DNA of 64,000 nucleotides from a virus, in the IMG/VR virus record IMGVR_UViG_3300045988_070924, positions 40,150 to 104,149 of that record; one strand, written 5' to 3'. Positions 34,844 to 43,370 of this stretch are shown one piece after another (the stretch's first letter is position 1; every line of letters starts with the position of its first letter). The notes under the pieces were generated by a model, which ran no database searches, was not told where the DNA came from, and was given only the letters and a program-made list of their open reading frames with translations. The translations under genes and the position numbers were made by a program.

Positions 34844-35529
34844 GATTTCATCACTTGACTATCTCTGTATTTTCTGAAATCAACTGTCTTGATTTTGGTT
34901 ATAAGCCTTTCTCCATTCCTTCTCAGAAGTCCTGTAGTAGTCTTAAGAACAAGACCTTCAGCATCATAATCCTTATTCTCTGCAATAGTAGACTTGAAGC
35001 CTTTCTTGACATACTCAACTGCCTCAGGGATAGTCATATATCCTATAAGAGGGACTATTTTGATGTTGAGTTTATTTGCAATATCTTCAACAGCATCCCT
35101 TTGCAGCCACCATTTATCAACTTTAACATCAAAGAGGATAAAATCTACACCAGAGCTTATGTAGTTACCTCCTTTCTGAATCTTAGTTCCATATCCTTCA
35201 CCATAGAGGGTAATAGATGTAGTACCTGTGATGTTAAATATCTCAAACCAATTAACATTGTCAAATAGTTCTTCAAGCCTTCTGTATAAATGTTCAGGTA
35301 TATTAGCCTCATCAGTTCTTCCTTTGAAATTAACATTTACCTCTCTTGTTCCATCATCATGGACATAGAAGTCAAGTTCTATTCTGATGTTGGTTCCATC
35401 AATCTTCTCAGTACACTCCCATTTATTGTCTTTTAGATACTCAAACTCTGGATAAGTGAACTGGTCAAGAATGATAATGTTCTTATCATCTCTGAGAAAT
35501 AGTGTCTGTATTTTCTGATATTTAGCCAT
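34840..35529 (-). CDS. ATP-dependent RNA ligase (nucleotidyltransferase superfamily)
   Basis: Motif I is EKIDGTNIRI (KxDGxN), followed by LYGEGYG and AEGLVLK. The start was set to the ATG at 35529 (MAKYQKIQTLF), behind an A-rich leader. Confidence 0.8.
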   Translation of the reverse strand: MAKYQKIQTLFLRDDKNIIILDQFTYPEFEYLKDNKWECTEKIDGTNIRIELDFYVHDDGTREVNVNFKGRTDEANIPEHLYRRLEELFDNVNWFEIFNITGTTSITLYGEGYGTKIQKGGNYISSGVDFILFDVKVDKWWLQRDAVEDIANKLNIKIVPLIGYMTIPEAVEYVKKGFKSTIAENKDYDAEGLVLKTTTGLLRRNGERLITKIKTVDFRKYRDSQVMKS

Positions 35530-35803
35530 TGTTTTTTCCCTCCATCTTCTCAAGAAGTTCTGCTGCCTTAGTATTATACCATGCAGCTTTTCTTAAATCT
35601 TCCTGAGCTTTGCCTTTATTATTAAACCTAAACTGATATTTGAAAGCATTAAGCACACAGAAATGATATGTCCAGTCTATACCAAACAGTTTTTCCATAA
35701 CATCAATACATTCCATGCCATGGACATTATAATGGTCTGGATGATTCACCATATCTTTCTCTACCTTTTCTTCCTGATTCAATAGATATTTTCTAGTTTC
35801 CAT
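35522..35803 (-). CDS. DUF3310-family small protein
   Basis: The pattern HPDHYN..ECIDV...NAFKYQFR...KG...DLRKAAWY is characteristic of this phage family. Confidence 0.65.
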   Translation of the reverse strand: METRKYLLNQEEKVEKDMVNHPDHYNVHGMECIDVMEKLFGIDWTYHFCVLNAFKYQFRFNNKGKAQEDLRKAAWYNTKAAELLEKMEGKNNG

Positions 35804-35804
35804 A

Positions 35805-36113
35805 TTAAATCTGTCTTATTTCCATTCTGTCTTTTAAGGCTTCCTTAAATCGTGCCCAATACATTGAAGAGTTCCTCCAATAGTAGTCATTGCCTTCAGC
35901 TCTCCCCATAGTACTTATTACTCTCCACCTCATCTCATTATAAAAAGCAGTAACTGCCTGTTTCCTTGAGTTAAATATAAAACTTTTTGTATTTGAAGGA
36001 GATTTCCATACCTGACCATCTATGAGAATAATCCAACCATGAAGAACTTCTTCTATTGGCTTTGTATACTGGCAGATTATATTATTGATTATAGCATTAC
36101 TTGTTTCACTCAT
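35805..36113 (-). CDS. hypothetical protein (102 aa)
   Basis: Intact ORF packed 1 nt from the neighbouring gene, with an A10 leader upstream of its ATG. Confidence 0.5.
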   Translation of the reverse strand: MSETSNAIINNIICQYTKPIEEVLHGWIILIDGQVWKSPSNTKSFIFNSRKQAVTAFYNEMRWRVISTMGRAEGNDYYWRNSSMYWARFKEALKDRMEIRQI

Positions 36114-36129
36114 TTTTTTTTTATTAAAA

Positions 36130-36223
36130 AAGCCTTACTACTGCACTCCTATGGAATTACCCAATGGTCTGTCACCTGAAAGGTTCAGGGGCTCAGGTAA
36201 GGCTTAAAGGTACTACAGCCCCT
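36130..36223 (-). other. GC-enriched structured intergenic element with interleaved inverted repeats (includes a terminator-like helix)
   Basis: AAGCCTTAC (36130-36138) pairs with GTAAGGCTT (36197-36205). AGGGGCT (36186-36192) pairs with AGCCCCT (36217-36223). An internal hairpin CCTGAA/TTCAGG lies at ~36175-36189. A U-run follows the outer helix on the minus strand. Confidence 0.5.
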
Positions 36224-36237
36224 TTTTCCCAAACATT

Positions 36238-36987
36238 TTAATGTATCCAATATGTGTTTACCTCTGCATCTGCCGGAAGTTCAAGCTTTCTACAGAAGTA
36301 TCCCCCTGCTTTAGCCATACAATCCTGCAATACTTTGGTCATTTCATCAGCAAGTTCCTCTGGAACTTCTATATTCCATTCATCATGTGCTGGAATACAG
36401 AGTTTGACTTTGAATACTAAGTCATGTTTAACAAGATAATCCCACAAGAAACATGAGGCTGTCTTAAACATGACAGCTCCTGTACCTTGGCAGGGATAAT
36501 TGATTGCCTGCTTTTCAGAAGCAGCTTTTCTTTTGAAGAAGTATTTGACAGGATGTACATAGGCATCTTCCAGAGTGACTACTGCTGTATAATGCTCTTC
36601 CTTCTGTCCTACCTTCTTTGTATAAGGATATTGCCCTGTAACCTGCTTTATATCAGTACATTCAGCAAACCTCTTGTAGAGTTCCTGCTTCACTACTTTT
36701 GGCAGATTCTTGGTTTCTTTACCCTTACACAGTCTATAATCAGACCAAAAGTCTGATGTAAACTTGGATTTAAGTTTCATCAAAAGGTCATAGTCATAGA
36801 TATATGCCTTATGTTGGCTTATTGGGTTAAGGATGATAAAACCATTTTCCATGACAAACTTTCTCTGTCTGTCCTGATATGCCTTCATACCCTTGAAACC
36901 TTTCATATAGCTGTCATATATCTTCTGAGCCTCTTGTATAGGCAGACCTTTATTTGACCTGATAGTGTTGGCATCTCCACCATAATT
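36238..36987 (-). CDS. DNA polymerase I family (PolA), exon 2
   Basis: The reading frame is open upstream of the annotated Met back to 36987. It reads NYGGDANTIRSNKGLP..., which completes motif B begun in exon 1. QGTGA and motif C (PAHDE) are present. Confidence 0.85.
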   Translation of the reverse strand, partial: NYGGDANTIRSNKGLPIQEAQKIYDSYMKGFKGMKAYQDRQRKFVMENGFIILNPISQHKAYIYDYDLLMKLKSKFTSDFWSDYRLCKGKETKNLPKVVKQELYKRFAECTDIKQVTGQYPYTKKVGQKEEHYTAVVTLEDAYVHPVKYFFKRKAASEKQAINYPCQGTGAVMFKTASCFLWDYLVKHDLVFKVKLCIPAHDEWNIEVPEELADEMTKVLQDCMAKAGGYFCRKLELPADAEVNTYWIH

Positions 36988-37213
36988 TCACTTTATTAAC
37001 TTACAAGCTCTTTATCTTGTAATTCTTACATTTCTTTTTTTTTATGTAAGGTTGGACTATATCATCATCCTTTTAGGATGTTGGGCACTCGTGTTAGTAT
37101 TATATTCTCTTTTAGAGTTTCAACTATTAGTCTCTGAACTTTCCAACTTTGTTAAAGGTTGGCTTAGCTGCTGATTAACATCTCAGTCTTCCAGCAATTC
37201 ACCCAATTTTTAA

Positions 37214-37828
37214 CTATTTGTTACCAAATAGTGCCACAAATCTTTGATATTTATATTCTAATCTACTTGTATTTGTTGTATATAAATGAGCAAAAAGGAT
37301 AGCTACAGAACTTTTCTTATAAATATTAACATCAAATGCTTTACCTTTAGGAGTTATAACACTTTCTATTTCATATTTTTCGAGAAAATTCTTTAGCCTA
37401 TTTGCCCATATTTCTGAACCAGTTGTAAATTTAGCTTCATAATGAGTTCCATTAAGTCTAACACTTCCATCTCCATCAAAATACCCATGTACTATATCCC
37501 AATCTAATTCTATATTTGGGTTGAGTGTGAGTGCTTTGACTTGAGGAATGTTAAAAGTTTCCATGAACCATTTAGTGACTGGTTTTGAATTATATATCAC
37601 TTGATATATACCACTTGGTCTTTTATACATCTTAGCTTTGTCTCCTATAAAGTTTTTAAATCTAAGCATAATATTCTCATCCTTAGAAAATAAACTTATG
37701 GAGTAAGCTCTGTTATTATAAACTAAATGACCGTCAGCAAAGATATATCCTATCCAATATTTTGCTTCAGGACTCATGCACTCAAATGGGTTTTCTTTGT
37801 TTTTAATGTAATTTTCAGTATTTCTCAT
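37214..37828 (-). CDS. LAGLIDADG homing endonuclease (double-motif)
   Basis: Two LAGLIDADG-type motifs are present: IGYIFADGHL and HGYFDGDGSV. The gene lies inside the PolA intron. Confidence 0.85.
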   Translation of the reverse strand: MRNTENYIKNKENPFECMSPEAKYWIGYIFADGHLVYNNRAYSISLFSKDENIMLRFKNFIGDKAKMYKRPSGIYQVIYNSKPVTKWFMETFNIPQVKALTLNPNIELDWDIVHGYFDGDGSVRLNGTHYEAKFTTGSEIWANRLKNFLEKYEIESVITPKGKAFDVNIYKKSSVAILFAHLYTTNTSRLEYKYQRFVALFGNK

Positions 37829-37844
37829 AACATTTAATTTATTG

Positions 37845-37852
37845 CAAAGTTA
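37845..37852 (-). promoter_or_regulatory. candidate -7 promoter element (TAACTTTG) inside the intron, upstream of the endonuclease ORF
   Basis: The forward strand reads CAAAGTTA, 16 nt upstream of the ATG at 37828. Confidence 0.35.
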
Positions 37853-37915
37853 TAAAGATATACTGATGTATGCAACATATAAAGTAAATTAGTTATAAAT
37901 ATTGAACTTTTTGTT

Positions 37916-39484
37916 TATGGCAAACTCAACACCCTTTGCCTCACTTCTCCAATGCTTGAACTTGTGTTTGATTTCCTCAATAGGGCAATCTCCAATAATT
38001 TCTGGATATGCCATCTTTGCTACCAGAGAGTGAATGTCTCCACAACCATTGTTAAACAGGTTAAGCATAGCAGCATCATTGGTTATGTCTGCTATAATCC
38101 TTGACTCCTGTCCACTATAGTCACAGCTAATCCACTTCATTCCAGGACCAGATATAAAACAAGCTCTGGTCTCAGGGTCAGCAGGGAAGTTCTGAAAGTT
38201 CAGATACTCAAGTCCTGCCTTCTTATCTTTTCCTCCAGAACTCAATCTTCCTGTATCAGTTCCTAACTGATTGAAGTTGGTATGAAGCCTTCCACTAGTC
38301 TCATTAATCTGCCTGAGTACATTCTCTCCATAGGTAGAAGTGACCTTTGTGGCAGCCTTATACTGAAGATACAGATAAGCCAAAGTAGACCTCTCTTTCT
38401 GAGGCTCTATCACTTTTGACTCAATACTATCCTTCATTTCACCAGTCTCAGGGTCTTGAACTAGTAGATTGAATCCAAGGAACTTGAAAAGTCTTATTAC
38501 CTGCATAGGACTATTCCAGTTTATATTGCACTGAATAGCATTGTCCCAACCAGAGAACAGGTCTCCTTGAGGGTCATCAATGACAAAATCCTCAGGAACC
38601 TTAACTCCTATAGGAACTTTATATGCTTCATAATAGCCTCTCTTTACTCCTTTTATATCAGCCTCTGGTGCTCTTTCCCCTTCCATTTTAGACCTCATCT
38701 TATTAAGGTCATCTTCTGGGACACCTTCTATCTGAAGATAGTGATAGGAGTACTCTTCCCCTTTATAAGAACTTATCACCCACTTATTGAGAGCATCTTC
38801 AAACACTTGGACATTCATTCTGTCCAAGTCCATCTTTCTCCTCCATCTTTCTCTACTAAGAAGCACTCCACAATACTCAGTATAGGCAAGCCAGATAACA
38901 GACTTATTCTCATAGATAAGAGCATTTGCCAGACCTTGTTTCTCAAGTTCTATAGCCTGCTTCTCCATAATCATAGGCAGCCACTTTACATCATTTGCAG
39001 CATAGTCAATGACTGCATCTGAAAGTCCTGCCCACATAATCTGGCCTCTGACTGTCTTGTCAAGTTCAACTCCACAATATCTCTTTCCTGCTGCCTTAAG
39101 ACCCATAGAATGAATACCAGCAGGATAACCCAACCACATGAGTTTCTCTGCAAGGAATCCATCATAGACATTCTTAAGTACTATTCTCTGATGGAACAAG
39201 AACTTCAAGTCAAACTTTATATTCCATCCAATGAATAGCCTATCAGATTCAAGATAACTTTTATAGAGTCCAGGACTTACTGTGGTACAGTCTATGACTA
39301 CTTGAAAATCATAACAGCCCAACTGAAGCATAAGGAGTTGTTTTGTATATGGGTCAAAGCCCATAGTCTCAGTATCAAGACCTACAACAGAGATAGTTTC
39401 AAGCAACTGTAGAGATTCCTCAACACTTATCCTTTTGTAAGTATCTGAGGGAGGTAATATCTGCTGTGATACAAGATATATCAT
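37916..39484 (-). CDS. DNA polymerase I family (PolA), exon 1 (3-prime to 5-prime exonuclease plus N-terminal part of the polymerase domain)
   Basis: Exonuclease motifs: GLDTET, NIKFDLKF and YAANDVKW. Polymerase motif A: SCDYSGQESRI. Start of motif B: RSEAKGVEFAI. The ORF then runs into 12 intron-encoded codons and a stop at 37889. Confidence 0.85.
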
Positions 39485-39975
39485 TTTGTATATGCAACTA
39501 AATCATCATAATCAAGTACATATCTGTACTTTCTAAGGAAGGTACCACCAAGAATACCATGCAATTGTATTCCTGTATCTTCCTTTAGGACCTCAAAGGA
39601 ATCATGCAAGTCCAAAGGCATGAAATCCTCAGTAAAGCTCTGTTTCTTATAGTTCAGGGGAACTCTAATCCAACTGTTGTTACCTTCAATTGAACCATTT
39701 GCAGTAGTAACAGCAAGATTATCACCTTTAATTTCCTCTGTATCAGATAGAAAATCCTTAATATTAGAGTCTATATGAGATATATTACTTCCAGTATCAA
39801 GAAGGAAGTTAAATTCTTTCTCTCCATTCTTCAGGGTAACTATGGGAATACCTACATCAGTCATAGTCTCCTTAAGAGGAAACCCTACCTTTTTAGATAG
39901 CCATAGGTTAAGTGCATCTCTACTGAATGCTGCTATTACTGCAACTAAGAAACAAATTATTAAAGTCAATACCAT
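39481..39975 (-). CDS. membrane-anchored retropepsin-like aspartic protease
   Basis: N-terminal hydrophobic helix MVLTLIICFLVAVIAAF. Active-site-type FLLDTGSNIS. Second family motif HGILGGTFLRKY. The gene overlaps the PolA start by 4 nt. Confidence 0.65.
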   Translation of the reverse strand: MVLTLIICFLVAVIAAFSRDALNLWLSKKVGFPLKETMTDVGIPIVTLKNGEKEFNFLLDTGSNISHIDSNIKDFLSDTEEIKGDNLAVTTANGSIEGNNSWIRVPLNYKKQSFTEDFMPLDLHDSFEVLKEDTGIQLHGILGGTFLRKYRYVLDYDDLVAYTK

Positions 39976-40011
39976 TTTTTTTTTTCATTTTCTGTCCAAC
40001 AATAGCACAGG

Positions 40012-40479
40012 TTATTTCCTTCCTGTGCTTCCAATCCCACCTCTGTTAATGGTATTCAATTTTTCTACGTTTATTATTTTTATTTTGTTGTTTAAAAACC
40101 ATTTAATCTTCTGCCAAAAAGTTGCTCTCTGAGATAATTGAATTCTAAATTGACAAATTCTATCTCCTTTATGAATAGGCTTCTCTACTAAACAATATGC
40201 AGGAAATCTCCACTCATCATCATCTCCATTATAGCTACCATCTATCATTCCTACAGAATTGGCAAGAAGAACCCCATAACTTTTAAAAGTAGAACTTCTT
40301 GGAATTACAAGAGCCTCAAAACCTTTAGGAAGTTCCATTGCTACTCCCAATTTAAGTAGTTTGTATTCTCCTGGTTTTAAGTTATATTCTTCTGCTGCTC
40401 TGAGGTCTATCCAATCTCCTTTACTAATAATTTCTGGCAGAATTTGGTCTTTAAATGTTTTTATCTTTATTTTGAGCAT
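40012..40479 (-). CDS. dut: dUTPase (trimeric type)
   Basis: All five motifs are present: IDLRAAE, IPRSS, GMIDGSYNGD, DRICQFRI and RGGIGSTGRK. The start was set to the internal ATG (MLKIKIK) because the longer ORF overlaps the upstream gene. Confidence 0.9.
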   Translation of the reverse strand: MLKIKIKTFKDQILPEIISKGDWIDLRAAEEYNLKPGEYKLLKLGVAMELPKGFEALVIPRSSTFKSYGVLLANSVGMIDGSYNGDDDEWRFPAYCLVEKPIHKGDRICQFRIQLSQRATFWQKIKWFLNNKIKIINVEKLNTINRGGIGSTGRK

Positions 40480-40522
40480 ACCTCTATATATAATAAAAGC
40501 CCTCATTTCTGAGGGCTTACTT

Positions 40523-40738
40523 CTACTCTTCTCTTTTGTGAAATCCAATATGCCATTTACCACATACAGGACACCTGTAAGCCTCATAATTCTCTAACTT
40601 TCTCTCTTCAATAAAGAGTTTAGCTGCTTGCATAGAGACATAAGGAACTTTAGGCTTCCATCTGTGTTTCTTTCTTGTATAATGACATCTTGGGAATGTC
40701 TTCTCCCCAATTACTTTTCTGAGGAATCTTTTTTCCAA
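40523..40738 (-). CDS. small basic protein with a possible zinc ribbon (71 aa)
   Basis: CH..(37 aa)..CPVCGKWH. The gene overlaps the NrdG end by 28 nt. Confidence 0.4.
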   Translation of the reverse strand: MEKRFLRKVIGEKTFPRCHYTRKKHRWKPKVPYVSMQAAKLFIEERKLENYEAYRCPVCGKWHIGFHKREE

Positions 40739-41199
40739 AATTTGTACGTAATATCAATTAACAATGTTGAGGCTATTGGAGTATGAAGAACTTGATAAAA
40801 TACCTGATTAGTATGTGGATTATCCAAAGGACCCATACTTTCTTTATAAGAACCAAGTTTAAGATAGTTTAAATATTTGGTTATCTCCTTGTCTTTAAGA
40901 TAATCTAAACCAGAATACCAAGCAGTTTTTATCTTTGGATAGTTTTCTTTAGTCCATTTAATTAGTTGTTTAAGAGATTTAATATCTCTATCTCCTCCCA
41001 TAAAACAGATGCAGGTTATCCCTTCATTCTTCTCCAAAAGGTCACGTATAGACACCTCAGTTAAAGGGTCTCCTACATCTTCTCTTAACCAGGGGGAGTG
41101 ACAACCTTTACAAGTTCCTGGACAATTAGATATGCTTATAGCAAGAGTTATCTCATCAGGAACTTCTGAAAATACTACTTTAGCATCTACATACTTCAT
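40711..41199 (-). CDS. nrdG: anaerobic ribonucleotide reductase activating protein (radical SAM)
   Basis: CPGTCKGC (CxxxCxxC) lies near the N-terminus. The gene is coupled by a 4-nt overlap to nrdD. Confidence 0.8.
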   Translation of the reverse strand: MKYVDAKVVFSEVPDEITLAISISNCPGTCKGCHSPWLREDVGDPLTEVSIRDLLEKNEGITCICFMGGDRDIKSLKQLIKWTKENYPKIKTAWYSGLDYLKDKEITKYLNYLKLGSYKESMGPLDNPHTNQVFYQVLHTPIASTLLIDITYKFWKKDSSEK

Positions 41200-43370
41200 A
41201 TCTCAACCTTTTCACTATAAGTCCTTTTAGCTGCTTCAATCTGCCTGTCTTTACCAAAAGACTTGATAGGTCTAAGATACCCAATTACCCTTGTATATTG
41301 AGTAATGTTATGACTATGACACTTAGGACACTCAGTAATAGGATGCTTAGTAATATACCCACAATCATCACATTTACTATTAGGAATATTAAATGTGAAG
41401 TAGTTAGTACCATTGGCTATTGCAAAGTCTATCAACTTGAGATACTGCTCTTTACTCAGATGGTCTTCAAGATTGATATGAGCTGCTGAACCACCATCAG
41501 TGAATTGATAAGTCTGCCTTCCATGAAGAATAAACTTGTCAAGTACTGAAGTATCATCATGGGCATCATAGAAATATGAATTATACAGGTTCTCATCATC
41601 AGGCACTACATATCCATCTTGTAAATCCCATTGATAATTCTTCCCTCCCAATCCTTCAGCAGGTACTACCTCAGAATTAAACAAGAAAGGTCTCTTCTTA
41701 TCATGAATAGAATGCTTCTTATTTTCCTCTTTGATAGTTCCAAGTATGAGTTGCAAGAACTCAATGTACTCAGGATTATTACCTACTTCAAGACCCAAGA
41801 ACCTTGCAGCCTCATTCAAGCCATTAATACCAATAGTGCTGTACAACTTGCTAATGTGAATATACCCACCATTTGAAGCTGCAAACATTCCCTTATCTTC
41901 AAGGTCATACAACATTGTTTTGTAAGCAATATGATATTTATAGACTCTACTGAGAATATCTGTTAAGTAATTTCTAAGAAATGAAGTGTTTTCTTTCCAG
42001 CCACCATTCCTTTTCAACCCATAAGCTTTATCACAATCCTGCACAATCCTATTGATATTCAAGGTAATCACATTGCAAGAACCAGTCATAACACCTGTAA
42101 GACCTGATGTAGGATTGAAAGTATTCTCTGCAAGTTCATTTCTCAACCTACAGCATGAAGCCAAGCTATCAGCACTATCTGATATATAGGTAAAGAAACT
42201 ATGGCCTTCTGCATACATTTCAGCAGTAAAGTCTTTGTAATCCTTATCTATAATATCATTAGTCTTTGGGTCATACACCATAGCCATTGTTTCTACAGGG
42301 AATGTAAGAATCTGTTTGGTTCTCAGTTTATTGAAGAACTTCATAAACAGCTTCTGAAGACAATCTATAGCTTCCCATTGAGGTTTAGTACCATCAGGAT
42401 AGCTAAACTCTCCAAACAGTGAATTGAAATATGTGTGGTCATAATAAGATACATTAGTAAATGGACTCTGATATGACCTATTACCAGCAGGCTGATTTAC
42501 ACCATAAATAAACTGCTTGAATGCCTTATATACAGCATCTCTAATAGTTCTTTGCTTATTACAAGCAGGAGAAGTAGTTATCTCATCTAATCTATTATAC
42601 CAATCTTCTCCAAACTCTTTCACAATATAATAATTCAGTGCAATAAAATATTCACCTACTGCAACTGCTCCCTTACATTGAGAAGAAAGAAGGAATATAA
42701 GATTGGTAATTTGTCCACTGAATGACTGTAAATCATTAGGTGCTGAAGGTGTGATACCATCAATATTACCTACTCCCTCCATCATAAGAGGATATAGGCT
42801 TACTGCCATACAGTATTGCTTCAATACAGGAGTAGTAGCCTCATCATGGGCATAAATGATATGATGATTCAAATCCTCCTCATACTTCTTAGCCACCTCA
42901 GGAAACATCTCATTTAGTTTATCCTTCATCCTCTGTCTTTGAATGACTCTATTAGTGGTTTTATACACCTCTCCTTCAAGATTAGCCACATTCTTCATAG
43001 TTACATTTGCATTAGCATCTGTCTCTGATGAAGTAGCTGCATTATCATTAGACTGACTATACTTATTCATATAATCAATCCTCTCCCTAATGAATCTTGC
43101 CTGCTTATGCTTCTCTCTATATAGAATGAAAGATTTTGCTGCCTGAAAATATTTATTGTCCATAAGGTATTTTTCAACCCTATTCTGTATCTCCTCTACT
43201 CCTACAGGATTAGGGAGATTGACTTCAATTGTCTTAATAAAAGACTCTATAAGTCCTGGTGGCAGAGTCTGTCCTACTGATTCAAATGCAGCAGCAACTG
43301 CATTGACAATCTTTTCTTCATCAAATTCTGCAAGAGTGCCATTCCTCTTAACTACTTTATACTCATTCAT
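41196..43370 (-). CDS. nrdD: anaerobic (class III) ribonucleoside-triphosphate reductase
   Basis: N-terminal ATP-cone (VVKRNGTLAEFDEEKI), C-terminal zinc site CDDCGY..CPKCHS, and glycyl-radical motif TRVIGYLRP. Confidence 0.9.
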   Translation of the reverse strand: MNEYKVVKRNGTLAEFDEEKIVNAVAAAFESVGQTLPPGLIESFIKTIEVNLPNPVGVEEIQNRVEKYLMDNKYFQAAKSFILYREKHKQARFIRERIDYMNKYSQSNDNAATSSETDANANVTMKNVANLEGEVYKTTNRVIQRQRMKDKLNEMFPEVAKKYEEDLNHHIIYAHDEATTPVLKQYCMAVSLYPLMMEGVGNIDGITPSAPNDLQSFSGQITNLIFLLSSQCKGAVAVGEYFIALNYYIVKEFGEDWYNRLDEITTSPACNKQRTIRDAVYKAFKQFIYGVNQPAGNRSYQSPFTNVSYYDHTYFNSLFGEFSYPDGTKPQWEAIDCLQKLFMKFFNKLRTKQILTFPVETMAMVYDPKTNDIIDKDYKDFTAEMYAEGHSFFTYISDSADSLASCCRLRNELAENTFNPTSGLTGVMTGSCNVITLNINRIVQDCDKAYGLKRNGGWKENTSFLRNYLTDILSRVYKYHIAYKTMLYDLEDKGMFAASNGGYIHISKLYSTIGINGLNEAARFLGLEVGNNPEYIEFLQLILGTIKEENKKHSIHDKKRPFLFNSEVVPAEGLGGKNYQWDLQDGYVVPDDENLYNSYFYDAHDDTSVLDKFILHGRQTYQFTDGGSAAHINLEDHLSKEQYLKLIDFAIANGTNYFTFNIPNSKCDDCGYITKHPITECPKCHSHNITQYTRVIGYLRPIKSFGKDRQIEAAKRTYSEKVEI

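Larger units (their letters stand above)
36988..37915 (-). mobile_element. group I intron carrying a LAGLIDADG homing endonuclease, inserted in PolA motif B
   Basis: On the minus strand the core elements are P-like AATTGCTGG (37191-37199), Q-like AATCAGCAGC (37167-37176), R GTTCAGAGACTA (37128-37140) and S GATATAGTCC (37054-37063). Boundaries are approximate (+/-3 nt). Confidence 0.8.

Noticed and set aside
40480-40587. An N-terminal 36-aa extension of the dUTPase ORF.
   Set aside because: The extension overlaps the upstream 71-aa gene and has no dUTPase similarity. The conserved domain begins right after the internal Met (MLKIKIK).
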